Source: Neoechinorhynchus agilis | Lineage: Eukaryota; Animalia; Acanthocephala | NCBI GenBank assembly: GCA_051530055.1 | Contig: CM121341.1 | Location: 5,806,784-5,870,783 of the forward strand | Length of the DNA stretch: 64,000 nt | Direction of reading: 5' to 3' | Shown: in pieces, positions 12,880-25,547 of the stretch | Layout of the letters: every line of letters starts with the position of its first letter | Numbering within the stretch: position 1 is the stretch's first letter | The notes under the pieces: generated by a model | What the model was told of the DNA's origin: nothing | The model's input: only the letters and a program-made list of their open reading frames with translations | Database searches by the model: none | Made by a program: the position numbers and the translations under genes

Positions 12880-14511
12880 TTTGGTACAAGAGGGCTAAAA
12901 CGCGCAGCGTGTGAAGATGTAAACGTTACAATCTACTGAATCCCTTCAACGAAAATAGAGGTGGACTATATAGCCAAAAAAATTTATCTAACTGTGAAAA
13001 ATTGTTATGTGATATTTAACTAGCCGAAGAAGGTAAAAAACTCATAATCTAGCAAGAAAAGAATGTACTCAAATCCGCTGGATTGTGTATGGCAGAATAA
13101 GGCTCACAAAAATGGCTCATTTGTAAACAATATCAGCGAGATGTCTAAGACAATCGAAGAATTAAATTGTACCTCTTGCCCTGTAATTGTCGAGATCCTT
13201 TAAGCGAACTAAAGGAGACGAAATCGAATATTTAAAAACTTACAAGCAATAGCGACTGAAGAGGCAAGGAAAACCTTGTGAAATATTTCTCAAATAAATG
13301 AGTATCGATAACACCGGGGACGCTAACGTACAATAAAGGAGAATTGTGTGCGTGACATCGACTCGAAAATGGAACCAAATGACCATAAAAAGTTAGTTTA
13401 CTTGGTTTTTATTATTAAAACAACATTAAACCGTTTTCATATTGCAGCGAAATAAACATTTCCCTTGAACGCAATTTTTAAGAGAAATCGATTTCGTGAC
13501 TTCAGGGATTCTTTTACTTAGTTATCCTTAGTCCATTGCAATACTCAGCGACTACACAAGGTTTTCACTAGGTTTCGATCACATATAAAACAAACATGTT
13601 GATACGAAATCAGCAGCGATCATCTTGCTTTGCGGATTAAAATTCAACTATTCAGTATTGGTTGATCTCAAGACTATAAACATTGTTTAATTCGTAAATG
13701 TTACTGGCAAGCCGGGTCGCTTTTTTATTCAATTTTTATTACATCCCTTCCACGGCTTTCTGGCATAATGCCACGGCATTAAGCCATTGTTTGTTTATAT
13801 CAGAAATTGTATTAAATCCGAAATTTCAAAGCCACGATCTTGTACACCTTTATCAAGGTTGTTTCTGCTGCCATTGTGATCCTTTGACTATCTGCAACAA
13901 AACAACCTGGATAAATACATAAGATTGCACCGAAATATCGGACTTCATAAATAACCTTCAATTTTGTCCGCCACAAATAAACGTGAACAATTCAATCTTT
14001 GAACATTATAAACATTACTTTTGAACGTTACCGAATGTAAATTTAGTAATTGACTTTATTTTTCAGACAGCAATATTTTTAGAGCCTTTAAGGAATTATC
14101 GAAATTGTCTGGCGTTACACTGCAAATAAGTCCGAAAAGTTCTGGATCAAATAGTGCATTGTTAATAAGAAATTGAACTATATCCTACAAATCTTTAGTC
14201 CTTTATATTTCGAATTGAACAAAAGTTTTGTTTCCTTTTGTGCCCAACAAAAAGGAGTCTAATCTCTTGAATGTGGGCAGAACGAGCGCTTTGGATATAG
14301 CCGTTGAAAAAGTTGTCCTTCACCAAATGATAGAAAAAGTCAACTAGAATTGAGCAGCGTTGTCAACTCTAACATTGGCATCTCGATGAAGAAGCACCAT
14401 ACCGACAAACTGCTTGCTCATTATGCATCAGAGCACCCGACTCACTTTTAGGCAATATGAAAAGTAGTTATCTCACGACAAGTATCATCTTCTATCAAAG
14501 ACAGATATCTC

Positions 14512-15081
14512 ATGGGTTCCAGGAATAGCGTACCACTTGAACTTACTTCACAATTGGTCGAATTCTTATCCGGTAGTCTTAATTGCGACGAAAAGACTAT
14601 TTGGGAAAGTTATGAGCGTTTCAAGAAGTATGCACCGACCCTTAAAATGGACAAACGCGCATTCATTTCACGCTTTCGTGAAAACCATCCACATTCAAAT
14701 GTCACAAAAATAGCCGAAATTGTCTTTAAGTATTTCGATAGCGATTGTTCGGGCTATGTAACATTCAGCGAGTATTTTATTCCGAACGCATTCATCTTTA
14801 AAGCTGATGCCAAGCAAAGAGCTGGGATTTTGTTCGACATTTGCGACTCGAATAACGACAATATTGTCACTTGCGTGGAATTGGCACAGATGATTGAAGG
14901 ATTATCTTTGTTAAGGGGAGAATTTGTGAAAAAGAAAGAGTTGGATAAAATCGCGAAGAAATTGAGTGTAGAAATGGATTGCGATGGAAATAGAAAAATT
15001 ACTAAACACGAGTTTGTGTACGCAATGTTGGCTCATAAGGAAGTTAAGGAACTTCTTGATTTCAATTGTTCAAACATTTAA
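14512..15081 (+). CDS. Neuronal calcium sensor / calcineurin-B-like EF-hand protein; intronless
   Basis: MGxxxS myristoylation motif; EF-hand loops DSDCSGYVTFSE, DSNNDNIVTCVE, DCDGNRKITKHE. Confidence 0.85.
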   Translation: MGSRNSVPLELTSQLVEFLSGSLNCDEKTIWESYERFKKYAPTLKMDKRAFISRFRENHPHSNVTKIAEIVFKYFDSDCSGYVTFSEYFIPNAFIFKADAKQRAGILFDICDSNNDNIVTCVELAQMIEGLSLLRGEFVKKKELDKIAKKLSVEMDCDGNRKITKHEFVYAMLAHKEVKELLDFNCSNI

Positions 15082-15144
15082 AGGAAAACTGATTTTTGGC
15101 ATATATGAGTGTAGTGCAACCGTAAACGAATCATGACAAATAAT

Positions 15145-16923
15145 AAACTTTCGTTTTAAGAAAAGGGAATTTCGCAAAACATTCCGATTTGAACGAAACT
15201 CTTTGGTCTATTGTTCGTTAGTTTCTAGCAATACATCCACGAAATATTTCAATAAAATATGATTTATCCAGGGGACTATGATCACCACAACTCTATTCTC
15301 CTGAAGGATTTTCTCTCGACAATTGATTATTTTGTTCGTATTTTATGTACAAGTAGCGATCAGCGTAGCGGTGAACAAAACAGAAACTTTCGTTTTAAGC
15401 AAAGGGAATTTCGCAAAACATTCCGATTTGAACGAAACTCTTTGGTCTATTGTTCGTTAGTTTCTACCAATACATCCACGAAATATTTCAATAAAATATG
15501 ATTTATCCAGGGGACTATGATCACCACAACTCTATTCTCCTGAAGGATTTTCTCTCGACAATTGATTATTTTGTTCGTATTTTATGTACAAGTAGCGATC
15601 AGCGTAGCGGTGAACAAAACAGAAACTTTCGTTTTAAGCAAAGGGAATTTCGCAAAACATTCCGATTTGAACGAAACTCTTTGGTCTATTGTTCGTTAGT
15701 TTCTAGCAATACATCCACGAAATATTTCAATAAAATATGATTTATCCAGGGGACTATGATCACCACAACTCTATTCTCCTGAAGGATTTTCTCTCGACAA
15801 TTGATTATTTTGTTCGTATTTTATGTACAAGTAGCGATCAGCGTAGCGGTGAACAAAACAGAAACTTTCGTTTTAAGCAAAGGGAATTTCGCAAAACATT
15901 CCGATTTTATTTGAACGAACTCTTTGGTCTATTGTTCGTTAGTTTCTAGCAATACATCCACGAAATATTTCAATAAAATATGATTTATCCAGGGGACTAT
16001 GATCACCACAACTCTATTCTCCTGAAGGATTTTCTCTCGACAATTGATTATTTTGTTCGTATTTTATGTACAAGTAGCGATCAGCGTAGCGGTGAACAAA
16101 ACAGAAACTTTCGTTTTAAGCAAAGGGAATTTCGCAAAACATTCCGATTTGAACGAAACTCTTTGGTCTATTGTTCGTTAGTTTCTAGCAATACATCCAC
16201 GAAAATTTCAATAAAATATGATTTATCCAGGGGACTATGATCACCACAACTCTATTCTCCTGAAGGATTTTCTCTCGACAATTGATTATTTTGTTCGTAT
16301 TTTATGTACAAGTAGCGATCAGCGTAGCGGTGAACAAAACAGGAACTTTCGTTTTAAGCAAAGGGAATTTCGCAAAACATTCCGATTTTTTTGAACGAAA
16401 CTCTTTGGTCTATTGTTCGTTAGTTTCTAGCAATACATCCACGAAATATTTCAATAAAATATGATTTATCCAGGGGACTATGATCACCACAACTCTATTC
16501 TCCTGAAGGATTTTCTCTCGACAATTGATTATTTTGTTCGTATTTTATGTACAAGTAGCGATCAGCGTAGCGGTGAACAAAACAGAAACTTTCGTTTTAA
16601 GCAAAGGGAATTTCGCAAAACATTCCGATTTTATTTGAACGAAACTCTTTGGTCTATTGTTCGTTAGTTTCTAGCAATACATCCACGAAATATTTCAATA
16701 AAATATGATTTATCCAGGGGACTATGATCACCACAACTCTATTCTCCTGAAGGATTTTCTCTCGACAATTGATTATTTTGTTCGTATTTTATGTACAAGT
16801 AGCGATCAGCGTAGCGGTGAACAAAACAAAGAACTTTCGTTTTAAGCAAAGGGAATTTCGCAAAACATTCCGATTTTATTTGAACGAAACTCTTTAGTCT
16901 ATTGTTCGTTAGTTTCTAGCAAT
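15145..16923. repeat. Tandem satellite, ~239-bp unit, about 7.4 copies
   Basis: Unit starts recur at 15259, 15498, 15737 (period 239); later units carry small indels. Confidence 0.97.
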
Positions 16924-18249
16924 GCGTATCTCCGTCTAACAGTTGCTTCTGGAAGGATGCTAGGATTATGTCTGTCCAAGTGTCTTAACTTACTAAGCAA
17001 ATGGATGAGATGATAAGTAATCAGCGTGCTTTCAATTATTGTAGCACCTTGTAAAATGTACCACGGTCGGAAATATGCATATTCGTAGCATTGCTTGGCA
17101 CGCTTCTCGCAGAACGTCTCAAAGAACTTGACAATCAACAGGAAAAATGTGTTACCTATGCAAATCAGAGCTTTGATGGATAAGAAACGTTCATTTACCG
17201 AATGATTTTATTATAATCGGACGTCTCCTATGTGTTTTTACGTCGTTAGAAATCGATATTCCCGTCTGAAGCTCGTATTGCTTATGGACGAATGATTGGT
17301 AGCTGCAATGATTGATTGGGCAAATACTTTTTATGTACTTACTGATGAAAGCAAGCGAGTATCGGCCATATGAACGCATGGAGATAGACGATCCCATCGT
17401 AGCCGTTTATTGAGCATTTTTTTATATTTAGGAAAGCGATCTTCGGTGGACAAATCGTTGGCAATATTAAGACTGCCAGTGTGTATACTAAAATGAATGG
17501 ATTATCCAATGTGCACTGATTAGTTTCCGACTAACGCGAAATAATAACCAATTGGACGACTGTGAAGAAAATATCATGATGAAACCTTGATCGGTAGTTC
17601 TTGGTAGTCATCATCGTGTCTTTATGAACTTGTCTATTTATTTGTCTGAGGAATGTCTCCGCTGCAGTGCTATTTGATGTGAATCAGATGGGTACGTGCT
17701 CATGCGACGGCGTCGCTATTTCTTTTGAACAAATGAAAAGAGTTGTGTATCTTATAAGAGATTGCTTCAAATGCGAATTATTAAAATGGATTACATACAA
17801 ATCCAAAGGCTTCGTCGCCGATCATGGTTTTTCGAGTTCTTAGCTTTATAGGTCCCCAGTTTAGAATGTTATGTGTCTCAGTCGGGATCAACAAAACCTC
17901 ACAAATTCATAGAATGCCTTTGTAATCCGCGTAATTAAAAACACTTGTTCTCCTCGTACTGCAAATCCGAATCGCTAAGCCGGATTCCCATAATCCAATT
18001 CTCGATCGATCGAGAAAAACTTTACATAATTTGAAAAACAGATAATTTTTGTAATAAATCGTACATTTTGATGAACACACCGACAAAAAAAAGCGTTTAT
18101 GTTTATTTTTTAAAATAAGCGTCTTATTCTTACAATCTCAAATTTTAGAAGCGAAGCAACTTGTTAGCATTGAAACCTACTGGTACCTTGAAGTCCGCTC
18201 GTAGTGACATCAGAATCATTGCTTGTGTTTTAGCTGAGTTCATTATTGT

Positions 18250-20309
18250 TCAATAAAACGATCTGTCATAATGCTTTGCGTTGATCCTCTCAGCTGGATA
18301 CATTGTCTCATCCAAGAGATTTGCTGCCTCACATTCTACACGATCCATTTCATCATCTTTAATCCCAAGGCTTACTTTCCAATCGACTTTGGCATTTATC
18401 GCAGGACGATTTAATCGCATTTCAGTTGCACGAATAGTGACAGCGGTGAGGAATTTATCTCGATAAAGAACACAAAGTTTGGTGATCACATAGATATCAT
18501 TGGCGAGTCGTTTTGCTTCCTTGCAAAATTGTTTATCGGTATCATTATAGGTTACAGTAATGAAAGTATGAGGGTGATTGACTTTTACTAGGCCGACAAG
18601 GATTCCCATCACTCGGTGTTCTGTTTGGAGCAAATGAATAGTTGCTTGAGTTTTAGTAAGATAGTCATCAGGTCTTATGTAGAAATATGCGGCAGTTATT
18701 TGACTTGATTGAACATAATAATCCTCTGATTTGCACGCAATGAAGAGACATGCAGCTGGATACATTGCACGAGGTATTGATTCAGAGATTGGCCCAATAG
18801 TAAATATTCGGTGCATTAATATTAGGGCCGTTGATACACAGACTGGTGGAACTTGTAGAGCTTTGGATAACTTCAAAATAACGAAAACCCCAAACGTTCT
18901 AAGATTTGTGTCAGAGTAATGTGCAATCTCCCTTGGGTCGAAGATCCAATCGAAGTTTTTGTTTTCGAATTCCTTGGATTCGTCATATTTAGTTGTTTGT
19001 TCTGTAGTAGGTACAGTTCTCTCATCGAGAGCTCTATGTTCATCTTCCGCCTTTCCATCATCGATTTTGAGATCAGTTTCGTTGGGTTTATCTGTAAGTT
19101 CGGGTCTACTTTTCTTGTGCTCGACAACTGATTCTTGGTGGTTGTGTTTATCTGCAAGTTCGGATTTACTTTTCTTTTGCTCGACAACTGGTTCTTGGCT
19201 CTTATCTACCTTCACTTGATATTGATCGCATATCTCGTCTTTTTCCACACGAACTGTAAATTCATCTTCCGCCTTTCCATCATCGATTTTGAGATCAGTT
19301 TCGTTGTGTTTATCCGCAAGTTCGGATTTACTTTTCTTTTGCTCGACAACTGATTCTTGGCTCTTATCTACCTTCACTTGATATTGATCGCATATCTCGT
19401 CTTTTTCCACACGAACTGTAAATTCATCTTCCGCCTTTCCATCATCGATTTTGAGATCAGTTTCGTTGTGTTTATCCGCAAGTTCGGATTACTTTTCTTT
19501 TGCTCGACAACTGATTCTTGGCTCTTATCTACCTTCACTTGATATTGATCGCATATTTCGTCTTTTTCCACACGAACTGTAAATTCATCTTCCGCCTTTC
19601 CATCATCGATTTTGAGATCAGTTTCGTTGTGTTTATCTGCAAGTTCGGATTTACTTTTCTTTTGCTCGACAACTGATTCTTGGCTCTTATCTACCTTCAC
19701 TTGATATTGATCGCATATTTCGTCTTTTTCCACACGAACTGTAAATTCATCTTCCGCCTTTCCATCATCGATTTTGAGATCAGTTTCGTTGGGTTTATCT
19801 GTAAGTTCGGGTCTACTTTTCTTGTGCTCGACAACTGATTCTTGGTCGTTGTGTTTATCCGCAAGTTCGGATTTACTTTTCTTTTGCTCGACAACTGATT
19901 CTTGGCTCTTATCTACCTTCACTTGATATTGATCGCATATCTCGTCTTTTTCCACACGAACTGTAAATTCATCTTCCGCCTTTCCATCATCGATTTTGAG
20001 ATCAGTTTCGTTGTGTTTATCTGCAAGTTCGGATTCACTTTTCTTTTGCTCGACAACTGATTCTTGGCTCTTATCTACCTTCACTTGATATTGATCGCAT
20101 ATTTCGTCTTTTTCCGTACTTTTGATTGCGCGTTTTCTTGAAGGTTCATAGTCATAATCTTCTTTAAGTTCTTGATTTCCTGCGAAATTATCTCCATTAT
20201 TTTTTTCATCGGATAGAGAATGCTCATGTCGACGATTATGTTCAGCGTGTTGTTCTTTGGTTTTGTGCTCCACAATGGAGATCGTATATTCTTGTTGCTG
20301 ATTTGTCAT
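18250..20309 (-). CDS. Transcriptional cyclin (T/K/L-type cyclin box) with a long repetitive acidic N-terminus; one 1-nt frameshift at ~19490
   Basis: Cyclin box STALILMHRIF...AACLFIACKSED...LLQTEHRVM...VNHPHTF; frame break where a repeat copy has ggatt instead of ggattt. Confidence 0.75.
19060..20110 (-). repeat. Coding tandem repeat: 162-nt (54-aa) units, some with an extra 60-nt sub-duplication
   Basis: TVRVEKDEICDQYQVKVDKSQESVVEQKKSKSELADKHNETDLKIDDGKAEDEF repeated about 6 times. Confidence 0.95.
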
Positions 20310-21949
20310 CTTGAATGCTTAGAGGTTATATTATTTCTGCTCAGAATATTGGTTCTTAACGTCGATCTCTAATAGTAGAGAATGGAACAGGTCTATAAAT
20401 TCGAGCTTGCTCGGTTAAACAACGAATATGATTGGATGAGTGGCGATCCTAAGATGTTTCTATAGTGCGCACTTGATTAAATATTTTTTTTCCTTTGTAG
20501 TTAGGCCGCCCTCACAGCAGGCAATCATTATTCCAATTACAACGCTAATGGATCATTGCGGCAATTATCAAAGTATCACTCTGCGAGAATTTAAAGGAAT
20601 TCCGATATAAAAATAATCAAAATAACCTAGTTTTATAAGAAAAATTAATAATTTCAACACTTATTTGCATAAAGTACGCGAACGCCAAAATTTCCTTTTA
20701 CTTTCAAAACTATTGATTTCTAACTAGGGGTTCCAATTTATCTCAACGTATAGAGTTATAAATTGTCTGAAATTGGAAGGAAACTAGGTGGTTATCGTTT
20801 CTGGAAACAAAAAACCTCTTATTGTACAAAATATTTTTCATATCTATGCAAATATGTAATTATCGATGCAACATCAATAACCACGTGACAGTTCATCATA
20901 TTTTCATAGCAAGTAAATGTTAGAGAATTAATGCAATGTTTCGAGCAAATACGAAGACTAGATACAAAATAATCGTAACCAACATTTTTTTAAAACGGAG
21001 CCTTTTAAAGTGTGAGGTTCACTAATCCTTCGTGTACAATTTTAGTACGAACGTAAAGTTTTACGTCGAGAAAAACATAAATCAATACCTTCGATATCGA
21101 GATGGTGTTATCAATGTTATTAGTACTTTGTATGCACTTTATTACATAACCTTGCTTCATTATGTTGCATTATTCACAGAAATGTTCAATTTTATTTAAA
21201 CTAAAATTGTAGGTTATTTGTTTTTGAAAACAATGAGGATTTAAATGATCACATGAATATTCTGAGCCGAGATTTTAAAAACGTGGTGTTCTGATGGATA
21301 AAGTAGTAATGCAACGCTTCGGAATCACTGATGGTGAGAATGCCCATAGGAAAAGTTTAGATACTTTTAACGCCTATTCCTGATAAAATGCAATGAATAA
21401 CACAAATTGATTTATCAAAAACTTTCTTAAATTGTTTTTATACTTCATAAGTTGTAGCAGCTAAAATGATAGAGTTTTCAATAAAAATGATTAATGCACA
21501 TTTAAGGATTGCGGTTGAATCGTAGTTAACGAAATCAAGTAACTTTCTGTAACCACGAAATTCAGTTTGGACTCAAGTAGAGCCCGATCGTACTGGAACA
21601 GGTCTGGATAAAAAAAAACCTGATTGGCATCGATTCGGGATCACTAACGATCACATAAATCTTTTTGATATTCACTCTAAGCTACATTTTTTCCGGAAGC
21701 CAAGAATATTTTGATGCTGAAATAGACCGATATTTGTTTAACAGCATTTCAGCTGGTAACGCTGCCGAACAGCCATTGAAGAAGAGTGTCCGAAATTAAA
21801 GGAACCTTTGATTTTGTTGATGGCAACATGAGTTTTGATCAGTCGGATTGTGCTGCACAACAATATAATGGATATTTCTCTGTGGTAAACAAGCGATTTT
21901 GTCCCACATTCAAAACGTAAAAAAGAAATTTTTTTTGGAGTTTGTTATG

Positions 21950-23653
21950 TTAAAAGACACTCATTTCACAATGCTCAGATCTTCGACGCCTGACCGCTCG
22001 GTTATAAATAACATGGGCATCATTGTCATTGAGGTATTGAGCGAAGGCACAATAGAAGTTCTTTTCACGTGCGAATTTGAGGAAATAATTCCAAACGGCC
22101 TGATTTTTCGGAACGCGGGATTCAAACATTGTCGTTAGTTCATCAGTTGATTTCTGGTCAAGCTCATGCCGCGTAAACTCCGTCCGGAAATAATGATAGC
22201 GATCGTAGAGTGACTTATCGTTTGCCAGTGTACTCACAAAAGATGCTAAACGTTTAGTCGAATCAAACTCAAGTGCGTTTATGAACGAGTGCGACGGGAA
22301 AAAGCGCAGATAATCGGGTTTTGTGCCCATCGTCGCAACAATCGGAATAGCTCCCCCTCGGAACGCTTGAAAGGGCTTTTCTGTTACATAATCAACACAG
22401 TTTGAGTTCTCGATAGTGATTGCGAACTTGTATCTTCTATATATTTCATCCGGAAATTTAAAATCCTCTTCTTTGTTCCTCAAAGGATCGCTCTTTCTAA
22501 GAAGGGCTATAAGATAAAATTGAAATTTCTTAGGTATAAATAACATATTCCTAACCTGACTGTTTAGCTTCTTATTAAATCTATATGATAAAGCGCTTTT
22601 ACATTTTTTATCGAAATTTATGAATTCGCCTTTATACCATTTAATAATACACAAAGTTAAGTTGCCCCAGAAAAATTCTATTGTTTTTCTACTGGAATAA
22701 TGGTGTACTCATTTTAGAAAAAAAGATCGATCCTATATGCACCTACCGTATGAATCAACCTGAATTGTTTTCATCAATTCGAAAACGAATTGTTCCCGGT
22801 GATTCTGAGCGTAACAATTTGATGCAATCCAAACGAGCGATACATTGTCCCGTTTAGAAAAATCGATTTCCGGTTTAGAAAGCATATCAAGAAGATACCT
22901 TCTTCGTTCGTTAGAAATTATAGGAATTGGATCTGATGTATCAAGCTCTAGGCTTAATCCAAAATCCGAACTTTGCCAATAATTCATTGGTCCATCATTT
23001 GCCATGCTCTCATAGGAGTAAGCAGTGATGAATGCATTATTGCGGTGTGTTTTAACGAACAGTTCAGTCTGGTCATTCCAATGTCTAACGTGACTAGCAA
23101 GCAAATTGGGCTCAATACCTTTTGGCATTACCTTCCTGAACCATTGAACACTTATGTTACCGCAATCTATATGTCGCTCACATGTAGGACTTGCACCGTT
23201 TCCGGGAGTGATGTCGAGGATTCGCAAGCCAGAAGTTTTGATATCACTAAGAATTCGTTTAAAGTCAATGGTTTTTCACAAGCGCAAAATTAAGTACGCT
23301 TAAATTTTATATTTAAGCTGGTAGCTGAATGTACGAGGCAGGACTACCTTTTTTAAAGCCGAAAATGCTTTTTGATGGCGAAAACTTTATGATTTACGGA
23401 ATCATGAAGATGCAATTAAGAAAAAACGGTTTTGATGAAATGTGCCCTCAAAATACGTTCATTGTCATAATGCCTTAATGTTCATCAGGACCTCATAGAA
23501 AGCATGCAAAGCCAAATTGTGAAAAAACACCTGAGTATACCGTTCGAATTCAGATTCCGTTTGAACGTTTTTTGGCTCTTGAAAAACTGTCAGCATAATG
23601 ACGGTTAACAAAATCAAAACGAACATAAGAAGCTTTCTCCGGACTCGTGGCAT
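21950..23653 (-). CDS. GT10 alpha-1,3-fucosyltransferase, FUT10/FUT11-like
   Basis: Type II anchor exon; WIASNC...REQFVFELMKTIQVDSYGRC; YKFAITIENSNCVDYVTEK; GAIPIV...SFINALEF GT10 motifs. Confidence 0.88.
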
Positions 23654-23941
23654 TATTAACTTCAATGTCGACTAGAGAACAAGTGTTCTTTTTTTTCATC
23701 GTTTTACGTACAAACAATGAGTCATATTTTTGAAACACTGAGAAACTGTGAAATCTTTTGAACCAACTGAGGCATCATCTCACTATTTTGGAACATGCAT
23801 TTATAATGATTTCAGTTTGCACATTCCTTAAACTAAAATGATCAGTTTGGGTTTTGGACAACGTCCCGTGACCTAAGCTCACATCCAAATAATGCCAATC
23901 GATATAATTGCAGGTAACTCATGAGTCTTGTAAGTAATCAC

Positions 23942-24342
23942 AAAATAAGTTGCGAAGCACTTGAATCCAGAAATATCATTGTTGACTAAGTGTTCAGCGC
24001 GTTCAACCACATAGAAGAAAACTAACAAAATAAGTTGCGAAGCACTTGAATCCAGAAATATCATTGTTGACTAAGTGTTCAGCGCGTTCAACCACATAGA
24101 AGAAAACTAACAAAATAAGTTGCGAAGCACTTGAATCCAGAAATATCATTGTTGACTAAGTGTTCAGCGCGTTCAACCACATAGAAGAAAACTAACAAAA
24201 TAAGTTGCGAAGCATGAATCCAGAAATATCATTGTTGACTAAGTGTTCAGCGCGTTCAACCACATAGAAGAAAACTAACAAAATAAGTTGCGAAGCATTT
24301 GAATCCAGAAATATCATTGTTGACTAAGTGTTCAGCGCGTTC
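23942..24342. repeat. Tandem repeat, 85-bp unit, about 4.7 copies
   Basis: aaaataagttgcgaagcacttgaatccag... recurs at 23942 and 24027 and onward. Confidence 0.95.
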
Positions 24343-25243
24343 AAAAATATCATGAATACCACGAGTTCTTCGATTCAATGGAACACGACGAATGCGGATA
24401 TCGAGCATCCGCATCGGTATTGAATCTGGTGTGAAATTGAGATGTACTTTTTGTGTCCACGCCACAATTAGACTTCTCAAAGGAGCACTCTGCACTCGGA
24501 GAAAAAATTAAAGTAGCTAAGCGTTCTCGTGAAATCGTGAGTTACTCAAAAAGCAAATCATGGATTGAAATATTTTCTATCCTGCACCACAACAATATCA
24601 CCTTGTAGGATCTTTCCTCTCTCGATGATTAATTGATGGCTTGGTAAATTAAGTAAGATAAAATAGCAAAATGCTTTAAATCAAAAAACAATGGCTTCAA
24701 TGTAAGACATGCGGGTGGGGGTGGTACCATTAGGAATCAGAAATTCATGGGATGTCTCCAGGAGGGACCGGAACATAGGTCGGAAACAATCTCGTTACTT
24801 GGATTTCGAAATGGCTGGACGCATTGAAACACAAAATTTGCGATATGCCTGCACTGAGCATTATATTCAAAGAAAAACTTATTGATCTATCAAATGCGAT
24901 GAACGTCTTTTTGTAATCTTGCTTGTTTCGAGTACTTTAGACCGTTAGTCGAAAACTTTATTGATCTTCAAAACCGAAATTCGAGCGTTAACAACCTATT
25001 TTGTTAGTTTTCTTCTATGTGGTTTAACGGAAGTGGCCAATGTGATGAACAGTGGCGGTCGAGTACAGCCTCGAGTGAATGCCGCTGTCGCTGATCGCAT
25101 TATAAGACATGCTCTTTGGACGGCAGACGTCGAAGATAGCCGTGAGTTGTCTCATTTGCGCACTCACTCTAAACTCTATCATTTTCTATAGAAAGCGATG
25201 ATGATCAAATGGACGAAGACGATACGGTCGATTAGATTCGTTC

Positions 25244-25547
25244 TTAAATAAAAAATCTCCTTGTGGATTTGTTTCGTCGTCGTTGTTGAGACCTTGACTG
25301 TTTAGAGGAATGGGCTGCCGCCGCCGCTGCTGCCGCCGCAGCCGCAGCGGCCTGCAAGTGTTCCGGTCCTAGCTGCTCAGTTTGTCCCGGTGAAGTCGGC
25401 GACCATTCAGTTGAAGGTTTTCGTGTGTCATGTTCTTGATTCAATACCGATGGAGGTTCTGCTGGAAACGGCTGTGTTCCTTCAATAACTATTTTCGGAG
25501 GAGGAGGAGGAGGCGGAGGCGGCGGCGATTGTGGTATTGGTTGTGGC
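25244..25547 (-). CDS. Terminal exon encoding poly-Pro and poly-Ala tracts; upstream exons not identified
   Basis: Acceptor ttatcag followed by open frame PQPIPQSPPPPPPPPPPK...QAAAAAAAAAAAAAH to a stop at 25244. Confidence 0.5.

Noticed and set aside
13229-13320. Spliced-leader RNA gene
   Set aside because: No GT donor follows the motif and no Sm site or SL stem-loops were seen; kept only as a recurrent-motif finding.
15259-16667. Repeated 60-86 aa ORFs (MIYPGDYDHH...) and similar ORFs in the 85-bp and 124-bp arrays as protein genes
   Set aside because: They are by-products of satellite periodicity; indels between units shift frames freely.
24560-24660. BEL/Pao retrotransposon C-terminal fragment (GDIVVVQD)
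   Set aside because: A single short motif with no supporting integrase, RT or LTR sequence.
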